From assembly GCA_965223905.1 (NCBI GenBank), contig CBDCXV010000001.1:1504001-1568000 (forward strand): a stretch of 64,000 nt of DNA. Reading direction: 5' to 3'. Each line of letters starts with the position of its first letter. The first letter of the stretch is position 1. Both the position numbers and the translations under genes were made by a program. Shown here piece by piece: positions 19,967-29,228 of this stretch. The notes beneath the pieces were generated by a model. That model was given only the letters and a program-made list of their open reading frames with translations. It searched no databases and had not been told where the DNA came from. The DNA is from Candidatus Latescibacterota bacterium (GTDB taxonomy: Bacteria > Latescibacterota > UBA2968 > UBA8231).

Positions 19967-22022
19967 TGAAAAGATCTTCCCCCTGCATGTAGGACGGCGC
20001 CTCCACCCCGAACAGCCCGAGAATGGACACGGGGACATCCAGGAGGTTCGGAGCCGCCTTGTCGACCCCGCGGTTGCAGAAGAACACCCCGGGCACCTGA
20101 GCGGGATCGATACAGTGGTCGCCGCTCCAGTGCCTTGTGTTGTCCTCGAAGACGCGGTCCGTGACTTCCCCCTTTGCCCCGTTCCAGGACGCCCGGTAGC
20201 CGGCGTTGTAGCCGACGAGAAGGTCCGGGGCGTCGCGCCTGTATGGACCGTCGAAGTGAGCGTCCGTGTCCCATACCTTGCGGATGGCCTTCCGACCGTC
20301 GTCGTCGATCAGTCCCTCCAGTTCCTCGACCAGTTGTTTCTTCAGCGGTTCGAGTTCCTCCTCCGCGACTATGCCGGACGCCTCCCGTCCGCGCCGGTTG
20401 ATGAAGATTCCGCTCAAACCGAGGGCAAAGGCCCGGGTTCGAGACCAGTCGACCCCTTGAAACCAACGGCCGTTTGAGGCCGCCTCGTCCCGCACACCGT
20501 CCCTCAGGACCAGATAGCCGTTCTCGAGCAGCCATGTATTGAGATTGATCCCCCGCTTGAACGGGCGGAAGCCGTGATCGGAGATCACCATCAGGGTGGT
20601 CTCCGTGTCGGCCCCGAGCTGCTCCATCACCCGACCGACGAGAGCGTCCATGTCGGCGTACATCCGCGGCAGGACATCCTTGAAGGCGGCGACCTCCTTG
20701 CCGGCATTGGCGGGATGTTGTGGGTCCAGGGTGCGGAAGAACATGTGTTGAATCCGGTCCGGTCCGTCGAAGACGCAGACGACGAGACCGTCCCTCGTCC
20801 TCTCCAGGGTGTGAAAGAGCATGCGCTCGCGCTCCCGGTGGAGGGAGGAGGCCTGGTCCAGAAAGGCGCGCTCGTCGATCGCACCGGCATTCAGCGCCTC
20901 GGTGTCTTCCGCCAGGCCGAGGGTGCCGAAGCGGCCGAGACGCTTGCAAAGGTAGGTTGCGTACGAGCCCGGATGTGACAGGGGAAGACTGGGCCGGTCC
21001 GGATCGATCTGGATCGCTGTAACGTACAGCTGCAGGGGTTTGGTGGTGGCCAGGTAGAACCGGCAGATTCCCCCCACCTTGAGGCCGAGCCCCGCCTTGA
21101 AGGACAGCTCCGTCCACGGGGAGTAACGCCGCTCGCTCAACTCGACCCTGCGGCCCGCGTGCGTCAGTACCAGGCCTGCTGATTCGGGATCCAACTCGAG
21201 GTCGATGTCAGCCAGCAGCGGTGCATCGCCGTCGGTGCCGAACGGAGCGGGCGGTCCCGGGATGCGGGCTTGCCCGCGGCCGTCCTGCATGCGGACCCGA
21301 ACCGTGCACCCTGCGCCGTCGGCCCAGGTTCCGGCATCGCCGGACCCTTCCACCAGGCAGGTGAATTCCCCCTGCGTACCCCGCAGATCCGGCACGCACA
21401 TCCCGGCGAGCAGGTGGCCGTTGAAAGGTTCGGGAGGAAAGGTGATCGGCACCCGCAGGATGGAGCTGAAAATCCGCTGCTCCCCCAACAGCTTCCAGAA
21501 GGGTTGGCTGCGCTTGAGGTTGCGTATGCGGGGCTTCGAGATGGGGATGCGCAAAGGGCCGAGCCGCAATCTCCTGCGCGGAGGCGTCACCCGGGCGGAA
21601 GAGAGCACCGGCTGGTAGGTCCGGGGGTCGCGGGTGATGAAGTCGAAGATGTTGTGCCAGGATGCATCGGTGCCGGTAGCGAAAGACGACCACGCTGCCG
21701 GGGTGATGGCGGGAAGGGTGGTCTGCAGGGTCTTGAACGTCCCTTCCTCGGCGAGTCTCCGCAGGTTCGGCAGGCGCCCGTCCCGCATCCAGCGAGCGCT
21801 CAGTTCGGGATCCAGGCCGTCGAGACCGATGACGACAACCCGACGGGCTCGGGACCCCCTGGTTCTACGGAGCCGCAGCCACACATACAGGAATTTTACC
21901 GGCAGAATCAGGATACTGAGAGCGGCCAGCAGCAGGATGAGGACGGTCCAGAAGCTGCCGGCGAGAGCGAAGCCCGCACCCGGGCCGACGTAGGCTTGGG
22001 CGGGGGTGGAAAGGCAGAGCAA
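19938..22022 (-). CDS. Alkaline phosphatase superfamily protein (NPP-like), membrane anchored
   Basis: AYVGPGAG plus a TM helix; VVVIGLDGLD; PAITPAAWSSF; DRIQH; SDHGF; WSGDHC. Start uncertain. Confidence 0.88.
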   Translation of the reverse strand: MLCLSTPAQAYVGPGAGFALAGSFWTVLILLLAALSILILPVKFLYVWLRLRRTRGSRARRVVVIGLDGLDPELSARWMRDGRLPNLRRLAEEGTFKTLQTTLPAITPAAWSSFATGTDASWHNIFDFITRDPRTYQPVLSSARVTPPRRRLRLGPLRIPISKPRIRNLKRSQPFWKLLGEQRIFSSILRVPITFPPEPFNGHLLAGMCVPDLRGTQGEFTCLVEGSGDAGTWADGAGCTVRVRMQDGRGQARIPGPPAPFGTDGDAPLLADIDLELDPESAGLVLTHAGRRVELSERRYSPWTELSFKAGLGLKVGGICRFYLATTKPLQLYVTAIQIDPDRPSLPLSHPGSYATYLCKRLGRFGTLGLAEDTEALNAGAIDERAFLDQASSLHRERERMLFHTLERTRDGLVVCVFDGPDRIQHMFFRTLDPQHPANAGKEVAAFKDVLPRMYADMDALVGRVMEQLGADTETTLMVISDHGFRPFKRGINLNTWLLENGYLVLRDGVRDEAASNGRWFQGVDWSRTRAFALGLSGIFINRRGREASGIVAEEELEPLKKQLVEELEGLIDDDGRKAIRKVWDTDAHFDGPYRRDAPDLLVGYNAGYRASWNGAKGEVTDRVFEDNTRHWSGDHCIDPAQVPGVFFCNRGVDKAAPNLLDVPVSILGLFGVEAPSYMQGEDLFNGRSTAATS

Positions 22023-22283
22023 AGCGCTCGAGAGGATGCTGAGGAAACGAGCGCACTTGGGGGGACCACGGCGCGTGGTCGTCGAATAGGAAAAACTGTG
22101 ATCGACGTTGGCTATGGTTTTTCCGCCGTGGCTTGCGTCAATTAGTGCCTAAAAAAGATAGTCACTAATCTATGTGATCGATATTCGCCATTCGCCCCCG
22201 GGCCCGGAGCCTGACGGGTTGTCGATGATGCCACCGCGCCGCCGCCGGGCGCAGGCGATCGGTGGCTTCAAAGGAGGTCAATC

Positions 22284-24668
22284 CTGATCCGACCAACGTT
22301 TTCCCACGCATGGACCGCCTTCGTCGGTCCGTTTCTCCTGGCGTCTCTCGCAATCGTGCGGCACGCGGGCGCCCTGGTCATCGTCGATGACGGCAAGCCG
22401 CGGGCGGTCATCGTCACGGCGGCGCAACCGAGCGCCTCTGCTACCCGGGCGGCGGACGAGCTGCGGCATTTCATCGCGCTGATGTCGGGCGCCGAGCTGC
22501 CGCTGTACGCCGGGGCCGAAGACGTGCCCCGGCGCGAAAGAGGCCGCCCTCGCCTGCTCGTCGGACACTCCGACGCCGTGCGGCAACTCGGCGTCGCACC
22601 ACCGGCCGGACAGGACCTCGACGCCACCCGCGAGGGCTTTCTGCTGCGGACGATCGGCAGTGACGTCGTCATCGCCGGCAACGAGGAGGCGTTCTACCGC
22701 GGCACGGAGTACGCCGTCTACGAGCTGTTGGAACGCCTCGGATGTCGATGGTATTTCCCCGGAGAGTTCGGTCAGGTCGTCCCGCGCCAGGGAACGATCT
22801 CGATCCCTGACCTCGATCTGCAACAGGCTCCCTCCTTCGTCGTCCGCAATATCTGGATGTCCGGGTGGGCCGACGAGACCGGGGACCACGGAGACTGGCT
22901 CATCCGCAACAAGGGCACTATGGCCCTCCCCTTCGCCTTCGCCGGCGACGGCTCCATCGGCCGCCTTGCGCCCCCGGAGATCTACGAGGAGGTGCACCCC
23001 GAGATCTACGCCATGGGCAGGGACGGGCGCCGTCATTCCCGGGGCCCGAACGGCGAGCTCCACTTGACCATGCTGTGCGTCACGAACCCGCTGACCGTCG
23101 AAATCGCCGCGCGGACCATCCTGGATTACTTCCGCGACCATCCCGGCGCGAACAGCTACGGGTTCTCGGCCCCGGACTGGTCGCCCCGCTGCTACTGCGA
23201 CCTCTGCGTTGCCGCCGATCACGCCTTCGCCCTCGACAGCGGTCTCCAGGATTCGATCTCCGACGCCTATTTCAACTTCGTCAACAACGTGGCTCACGAA
23301 GTCACGGCGGACTACCCGGACCGCTACATCGTCATCCTCGCCTACGACAACCGCGTGCGCCCGCCAGAGGGGCTGGACAAGCCCTGGAACCGCAACATCA
23401 TCGTGCAACTGGCCCGGCTCGGAATCAGCGCCCTGCGTCCTATCGTCGAACCAGGCGATCTGTACGCGCGCCGCCGCAAGCGGACGATCGAGGCCTGGGC
23501 CCGTATCGGCCCGAAGCTGATCATCTACGACTACGATCCCCACGGCTCGCTGAACCGCATGCCGTTCTGGAACGTCCATTCCATTCGCGAAAACCTGCCC
23601 TTCTACCACCGGCACGGCGTCGTCGGTTTCACCACCGAAGGGCACAATACCTTCCTGCGCACGGGGCTCAACTACTACATCCGCACCCGTCTGATGTGGG
23701 ACGTGGAGGCGGATGTCGACGCCCTTCTCGACGATTTCCACGCGCGCTTTTTCGGGCCTGCCGCACCGCCGATGAGGCAGTTCTTCGAAGAGATCGAGGG
23801 CATGCTGGCCGCCTCGCCCGAGCACATGACCTGGCATTCGCGTCTGGGGAACTGGACCCGCATCTACCCGCCTGACAAGACTCGGGCGCTTGGCCGTCAC
23901 CTCGACCGCGCCACCGGTCTGGCCGACACCCCCCGGCGCCAGAGACGCGTCGCCGCCTGCCGGGCCCTGCACGAGTACATGGTGACCTACCACGAGATGG
24001 TGATTCTGCTGCAGGAAGGCCGCTACGGCGATGCCATGGCCAGGCTGGAAGCCCTGAACCTTCCCGTCGAGGCGGCCCGGAGCATTCAGCCGGGCTTGCT
24101 GCCTCCGGACCCGGACTGGGTCCTCGACGACGACAGGGGGCTGAACAGCTGGCGTCTCTACATCGACGCCTTCGCCCAGCGCGACGGCGGCGCGCTCGGG
24201 CGCAAAATCCTCCTCGGACCGGCAACCGCGCAGTTCCGTACTGATGTCCATGACGAGGGCCTGTTCGAGCAATGGCATCTGGACGCGGTGGCCACCCGGC
24301 TGGGTTGGGACCGGATCCCGGTGACCCGCGACTGGACCCAGAGCGGCTACCGCGACGCCGAGGGGTACGCCTATTCAGGTCTGGGGTGGTACCGTTTCGC
24401 CATGGCCGTCCCCCAACTGCCGCAAGGTGCCGTGGCGCAGTTGTACATACCCCTGGTGTACGCCGGCAAGTTATGGGTCTGGGCCAACGGCCACCTGGTC
24501 CATTCACCGACGGACGAACTGCACAGATTCGGCACCGACATCGATGTCTCGCGCTGGCTGGAGCCCGGCCAGGAGAACAGCTTCACGTTCCGAATGGTCG
24601 GCACCTGGGACCGCGCTCAGCGCCACGGCCTGGCGGACAGGTGGTTGCTCTGGTCGCCCCATCGATGA
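22284..24668 (+). CDS. DUF4838-family glycoside-hydrolase-like secreted protein with C-terminal sugar-binding domain
   Basis: AADELRHFI, GTEYAVYELLERLGCRWYFPG, LCVTNP, CYCDLC, GLNYYIRTRLMWD, YSGLGWYR. Probable CTG start at 22284 behind AAGGAGGT (track start 22356). Confidence 0.85.
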   Translation: MIRPTFSHAWTAFVGPFLLASLAIVRHAGALVIVDDGKPRAVIVTAAQPSASATRAADELRHFIALMSGAELPLYAGAEDVPRRERGRPRLLVGHSDAVRQLGVAPPAGQDLDATREGFLLRTIGSDVVIAGNEEAFYRGTEYAVYELLERLGCRWYFPGEFGQVVPRQGTISIPDLDLQQAPSFVVRNIWMSGWADETGDHGDWLIRNKGTMALPFAFAGDGSIGRLAPPEIYEEVHPEIYAMGRDGRRHSRGPNGELHLTMLCVTNPLTVEIAARTILDYFRDHPGANSYGFSAPDWSPRCYCDLCVAADHAFALDSGLQDSISDAYFNFVNNVAHEVTADYPDRYIVILAYDNRVRPPEGLDKPWNRNIIVQLARLGISALRPIVEPGDLYARRRKRTIEAWARIGPKLIIYDYDPHGSLNRMPFWNVHSIRENLPFYHRHGVVGFTTEGHNTFLRTGLNYYIRTRLMWDVEADVDALLDDFHARFFGPAAPPMRQFFEEIEGMLAASPEHMTWHSRLGNWTRIYPPDKTRALGRHLDRATGLADTPRRQRRVAACRALHEYMVTYHEMVILLQEGRYGDAMARLEALNLPVEAARSIQPGLLPPDPDWVLDDDRGLNSWRLYIDAFAQRDGGALGRKILLGPATAQFRTDVHDEGLFEQWHLDAVATRLGWDRIPVTRDWTQSGYRDAEGYAYSGLGWYRFAMAVPQLPQGAVAQLYIPLVYAGKLWVWANGHLVHSPTDELHRFGTDIDVSRWLEPGQENSFTFRMVGTWDRAQRHGLADRWLLWSPHR

Positions 24669-25987
24669 TGGTTCGAACCCCTCGCGACTCTGGAAGGTGG
24701 CTCTTGCGGCGCCTCCGGACAGGGCCGGGCATTCTCATCGCCGCCCTGGCGGCGGCGGGGACCATCCTGTTCGAACCCGTGGCATCGCCGGCCGAAGAGG
24801 TCAGAAGGCTGCCGGTCGACGAGTATGTGAGCCGGATGAAGGCGGGCTGGATCGGCCAGATGGTCGGAGTGGGCTGGGGCGCTCCGGCCGAGTGGACCTC
24901 CCTGGGGGCGATCATCCCGCCGGAGAAGGTACCGCCCTGGGAGCCAAGGCTGGTCAACCAGTTCGGCCAGGACGATCTCTATGTCGAGATGACTTTCCTC
25001 CGAACCCTGGAGCTGTTCGGGCTGGGAGTGTCGGCGCGCCAGGCCGGAATCGACTTCGCCAACAGCGAGTACGAGCTGTGGCACGCGAACAAGTCCGGCC
25101 GGCGCAACCTGCGCAACGGAATCTCGCCCCCCGATTCGGGACATCCCCGGTTCACCGCGCACTCAGACGACATCGACTACCAGATCGAGGCGGACTTCGC
25201 CGGGCTCATCGCCCCTGGAATGCCGAACAGGGTGATCGAGCTGGGCGAAAAGTTCGGCCGCCTGATGAACCATGGCGACGGCTTGTACGGCGGTCAGTTC
25301 GTCGCTGGCATGTACGCGGAGGCCTTCTTCGAGGACGACATCGTCGCCATAATCCAGGCCGGGCTGAGCTGCATTCCGCGGCGCAGCCAGTACGCCGGGA
25401 TGGTCCGCGACGTGCTTGAATGGTACGCCGAAGAACCTGACCATTGGACCGCGACCTGGGAGCTGGTCGAGGCGAAGTACCACAAGGATGAAAACTACAC
25501 CCACGCCGCCTGCAGCATGCCGGGCGCCGAGGGGGATTTCAGCATCGACGCCAAGCTCAACGGCGCCTACATACTCATCGGCCTGCTCTACGGTGAAAAG
25601 GACCCGGATCGCACCATGACGCTGGCGCTCCGCTGCGGGCAGGATTCGGACTGTAATCCATCCAACGCCGGGGGCATCCTGTTCACCACGATGGGGTACG
25701 AGAATCTGCCGGAGCGCTTCACGTCAGCTCTCGATCTCGACACCAGGTTCAGCCACACCCCCTACGACTTCCCCAAACTGATCGAGGTGTCCCAAGCGCT
25801 GGCCAGACAGTCGGTGGAACGCAGCGGCGGCCGCATCGAGGCCGCCGCGGACGGTCGCGAAGTGTTCGTCATCCCCGTGGCCCCGGCCGCGCCCAGCGCC
25901 CTCGAGCAATCGTGGAAACCCGGTCCCCCCGCCAACAGCAGATACACCGGGGAAGAGCTCGCCAGAATCACCGTGATCGAGGAATAG
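24665..25987 (+). CDS. ADP-ribosylglycohydrolase-fold secreted protein
   Basis: AGWIGQMVGVGWGAPAE; QDDLYVE; DIDYQIEADF; GQDSDCNPSNAGG; ATGA overlap with the upstream gene. Confidence 0.85.
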   Translation: MMVRTPRDSGRWLLRRLRTGPGILIAALAAAGTILFEPVASPAEEVRRLPVDEYVSRMKAGWIGQMVGVGWGAPAEWTSLGAIIPPEKVPPWEPRLVNQFGQDDLYVEMTFLRTLELFGLGVSARQAGIDFANSEYELWHANKSGRRNLRNGISPPDSGHPRFTAHSDDIDYQIEADFAGLIAPGMPNRVIELGEKFGRLMNHGDGLYGGQFVAGMYAEAFFEDDIVAIIQAGLSCIPRRSQYAGMVRDVLEWYAEEPDHWTATWELVEAKYHKDENYTHAACSMPGAEGDFSIDAKLNGAYILIGLLYGEKDPDRTMTLALRCGQDSDCNPSNAGGILFTTMGYENLPERFTSALDLDTRFSHTPYDFPKLIEVSQALARQSVERSGGRIEAAADGREVFVIPVAPAAPSALEQSWKPGPPANSRYTGEELARITVIEE

Positions 25988-26245
25988 CGATCGGAGCCGG
26001 GGAGGATCATGGGGCGGACCGCGGCCTGGTGCGCACCCCTCGAACCTGCGCCCGACTCCCGTTGACCGTCCACCGGTGAACGGGTTCTGACGGGGGCCGG
26101 TCCCGAACCGGGACCCGGGCACCGCTTGTGCCGCGGAATGGCGTCAGGTATTTTGCCCGAAAACGCCGGAATTCGTACGGATCACGCGCTGAACCGCGGT
26201 CCCCGGCTGGCTTTCAACAATCTTGCTACGATACGGAGAGACGGG

Positions 26246-26923
26246 ATGGAGACGGTCGGCGAACTATGGGCCTCGATGGCGATCACGGGCAAGGCGGTGG
26301 TCGTCGTCCTTGCCGCCCTGTCGGTCTACTCGTACGCCGTGATGGTCGATCGCTATCTGACCTTGCGGACCCACCGCAGGCATGCGAACGCTTTCGCCGA
26401 AAGCGTGCAGAGCATCAGGGACCCCGACCAGATTCTCGGCACCGCCGGCGCCAGCGCCGAGGAGGGCAGGAACGCCCTCGCATCGGTAGTCGAAGCGGGC
26501 TTGCAGCATTACAGGTTGCTGCTCGAGGACAGACAGCCGGAGTCCGTCATTGTCGAGGGGGTCGATGAGGCGGTCAGCCGCGAACTCGACGTGGCGGTCA
26601 TCAACCTGCGGTTTCGGCTCAGCGGCATGGCGACCATCTCGGGAGTGGCACCCTTCCTGGGTCTGTTCGGGACCGTTACCGGTCTGATCTCCGCATTCTC
26701 GGCCATCGCGGAGACCGGTTCCGGGGGTCTGGCGAGCGTTTCCGGCGGCATCTCCGAGGCCCTCGTAACCACCGTTATCGGTCTCTTCGTGGCCGTACCC
26801 GCCCTCTGGGCCTACAACTACTTCATGAACAAGATCGAAGTGATGACCGTCGAGTTGGACAACGCCGCGACACTCATCGTCGGCGGGGCCGTTCGCCACG
26901 CCCTGCGTCCCGACGGGGCCTGA
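26246..26923 (+). CDS. exbB: MotA/TolQ/ExbB proton channel protein
   Basis: ATISGVAPFLGLFGTVTGLI; GGISEALVTTVIGLFVAVPA. Confidence 0.92.
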   Translation: METVGELWASMAITGKAVVVVLAALSVYSYAVMVDRYLTLRTHRRHANAFAESVQSIRDPDQILGTAGASAEEGRNALASVVEAGLQHYRLLLEDRQPESVIVEGVDEAVSRELDVAVINLRFRLSGMATISGVAPFLGLFGTVTGLISAFSAIAETGSGGLASVSGGISEALVTTVIGLFVAVPALWAYNYFMNKIEVMTVELDNAATLIVGGAVRHALRPDGA

Positions 26924-26936
26924 CTCGAGAGGTGCC

Positions 26937-27371
26937 ATGCCCCGCCGCTACCGCCATCGCCGTCGCGTTGCCGGACACGCCAAGCGCCAGAACCCGATGC
27001 CGGACATCACGCCGGTCGTCAACGTGGCACTCGTGCTGCTGGTCATTTTCATCATTGTAATGCCGATCATTCGCGAGGGGATCGAGGTCGCCACGCCCAG
27101 GGCCGACCACGCCGACCGGATGAAGGACGCCGCCGAGCAGTTGGTGGTGCTTTCGATCACCGAGCAGGGTGCTCTCTACGTCAATCTGACACCGGTCGAA
27201 AGGAGCCAGCTCAAGGATCAGCTGGCGCTGGCCTACCGGGGTCAGGAGGGCAATCCGATCATCATCAAGGGAGCCCACAACCTGCCGTATCAGGAGATTC
27301 TCGAGTTGATGGAAACGTGCCAGCGGATCGGGGCGCCCGCCGTCGACCTGCTCGCCAGGAAGGGACGTTAG
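26937..27371 (+). CDS. exbD: ExbD/TolR biopolymer transport protein
   Basis: DITPVVNVALVLLVIFII TM segment (Asn at the usual Asp position); IIIKGAHNLPYQEI. Confidence 0.85.
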   Translation: MPRRYRHRRRVAGHAKRQNPMPDITPVVNVALVLLVIFIIVMPIIREGIEVATPRADHADRMKDAAEQLVVLSITEQGALYVNLTPVERSQLKDQLALAYRGQEGNPIIIKGAHNLPYQEILELMETCQRIGAPAVDLLARKGR

Positions 27372-27772
27372 TGGCACGCAAGCGCCGCTCTCTGGGCCAG
27401 CTGAACTCGAGCATCAACGTCACCCCCATGGGGGACGTGGCGCTCTGCCTGCTTCTCGGTTTCCTGGTCATTACTCCGATAATCATCGAATCCCTCGTCG
27501 CCAATCTACCCCGGGCCGGCGTCGCTTCCGGTCAGCTTACGCGCGATCCCGTAGTCGTGGTGACGGCCACGGGCCAGATCCTGATCGACGACCGGGAGGT
27601 GGCTTTCGAGGATCTGCCGAAGAAGATCGCCGAGCTGTTTCCTCCCGAGATGGCGCTGGCAGCCGAGCGCAAGGTGATGTTCAGCGCTTCGGGAGAACTC
27701 GAGTACCAGGAGGTGATCCGGGTGCTCGATACCCTGCGCGCCCACGGCGTGGAGACATTCGGGATCCGCTAG
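27371..27772 (+). CDS. exbD: ExbD/TolR biopolymer transport protein, second copy
   Basis: INVTPMGDVALCLLLGFLV; YQEVIRVLDTLRAHGV; GTG start overlapping the previous TAG. Confidence 0.88.
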   Translation: MARKRRSLGQLNSSINVTPMGDVALCLLLGFLVITPIIIESLVANLPRAGVASGQLTRDPVVVVTATGQILIDDREVAFEDLPKKIAELFPPEMALAAERKVMFSASGELEYQEVIRVLDTLRAHGVETFGIR

Positions 27773-27936
27773 TTTCCGGTCGCAGGAAATTCATTGCATT
27801 CTTCCGGCGCCGATCCATCCCGTCCCGCGGCGTTGCCTTCGCTCTGGTACTCCCCCGGCAGGACTCGCTCAGGCGCCTTGCGAGCCGGGCGCCCAGGCGG
27901 CCGAATTTCGTCAATCCCTTTCCGAGACAGGACACT
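27769..27936 (+). repeat. MITE/REP-like element, copy B (apparently complete)
   Basis: Imperfect terminal inverted repeats CTAGTTTCCGGTCGCAGG ... TCCGAGACAGGACACT; internal similarity to 516-712 and 63280-63333. Confidence 0.75.
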
Positions 27937-27959
27937 GTATTTCAAGCAAGAGAAAGCCC

Positions 27960-29174
27960 ATGAAAATCACCCATGCCGAAGTTGTCCCCATATATCCGCG
28001 GCTGGCCGAGCGCTACCGCGATCGCAAAGTCGATCTCTACGGCATTGACCACCGACTCGTCTACAAGGTGCATACGGACAATGGACTGGTGGGTTACGGC
28101 GACGTGCGCACGCGACCCGGACGAATCCATTCCAATGCCGACCTGGAACGGTTGATCGGTCGCGATCCGTGTGATTTCATCAACAATCCCAAAACGGACG
28201 ATCTCGGCGGGGCGTTCTACGATGTGGTAGGCAAGCATCTCGAGGCGCCTGCCTACAAACTGATGGGGGGACAGAAGCTGCGGGAGGCGGTCAAGGTGGC
28301 GGCGTGGACGCGACCCGCGTCGCCGGAGCAGTTCCGGGACGAAGTGGGGCGAGCGGCGAACGAAGGCTATATGGTCTTCAAGATGCATTCCAGCAGCTAC
28401 CATGACGTCATCGAGCAGACGCGCCTGGCCGAAGAGGTGGCGCCGGCCGGTTTCAAGATTCACTGGGACTTCAACGCCCACCGCACCCTGGCAGCCGTGC
28501 TTCCCCTGGTAAAGCAGCTGGAGCGGGACCATCCGATCGTCGGGTTCATCGAAGATCCCATGGAGCGCACCGACCTCGACGGCTGGCGACGGCTGCGGGA
28601 GCAGACCAGCATCCCCCTTGTCATGCACGTTCCACGCCTGGGCGGCGGCCAGGAGATGCTCGACGGAACGGCGGACATCTACATGATCGAGTCGGGAGGC
28701 CGCGGATTGGCCAGCGGCCTGGCATACAGCAGGCTCAACATCCAGACCATTATCCAGCACGAAGCCGGAACCCTCGGAAAGGCGATGGCGCTGCACCTGG
28801 CTGCCGTTTTGCCAACGGCTACCGGACACACCATCAACCTGGACGATCAGTATGAGGAAGATTACACCACCGGGCGCATTCCCGTAATCGAGGGATTCTC
28901 GCCGGTGCCCGAAGGTCCTGGCCTCGGTTTCGAGGTAGACGAAGGGGAGATAGCGCGCCTGGCGGCGAACAGGCCGATTGAAAGGCCCCGGTTCATCGGC
29001 GTCCTGCACATGCCGGGCGGTCACACGTTCTACGGTCCGGGGCGCATAGCGCCATACGGAGAAGAGGGCACCGTCCGCGGCTTCAGGTCGGAAATCTGGG
29101 AAGAGGACGGCTCGTCCGAGTTCGAGCAGACCTACGAGCGTGTGCAGAAGGAAGGGCGGATTCTGGCCGAGTGA
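27960..29174 (+). CDS. Enolase superfamily (mandelate racemase/muconate lactonizing-like) enzyme
   Basis: VHTDNGLVGYGD; AFYDVVGKHLEAPAYKLMG; FKMH; WDFN; IEDP; VPEGPGLGFEVDE. Confidence 0.9.
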   Translation: MKITHAEVVPIYPRLAERYRDRKVDLYGIDHRLVYKVHTDNGLVGYGDVRTRPGRIHSNADLERLIGRDPCDFINNPKTDDLGGAFYDVVGKHLEAPAYKLMGGQKLREAVKVAAWTRPASPEQFRDEVGRAANEGYMVFKMHSSSYHDVIEQTRLAEEVAPAGFKIHWDFNAHRTLAAVLPLVKQLERDHPIVGFIEDPMERTDLDGWRRLREQTSIPLVMHVPRLGGGQEMLDGTADIYMIESGGRGLASGLAYSRLNIQTIIQHEAGTLGKAMALHLAAVLPTATGHTINLDDQYEEDYTTGRIPVIEGFSPVPEGPGLGFEVDEGEIARLAANRPIERPRFIGVLHMPGGHTFYGPGRIAPYGEEGTVRGFRSEIWEEDGSSEFEQTYERVQKEGRILAE

Positions 29175-29228
29175 GAATCGCCTTGGCGCCGCCGCATTTC
29201 CGGGCGGCACCGTATCCCAAACTCAGGG

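Noticed and set aside
15180-24278. Long antisense or alternative-frame ORFs (e.g. 15180-17405, 17861-19969, 22278-24278; also 29355-31304, 55506-57536)
   Set aside because: They mirror genes with clear motifs on the other strand, have R/G/P- or V/D-skewed composition, and are expected shadows in high-GC DNA.
29188-29208. GCCGCC/GGCGGC hairpin as a terminator between convergent genes
   Set aside because: Short stem with no U-tract; likely by chance at this GC content.
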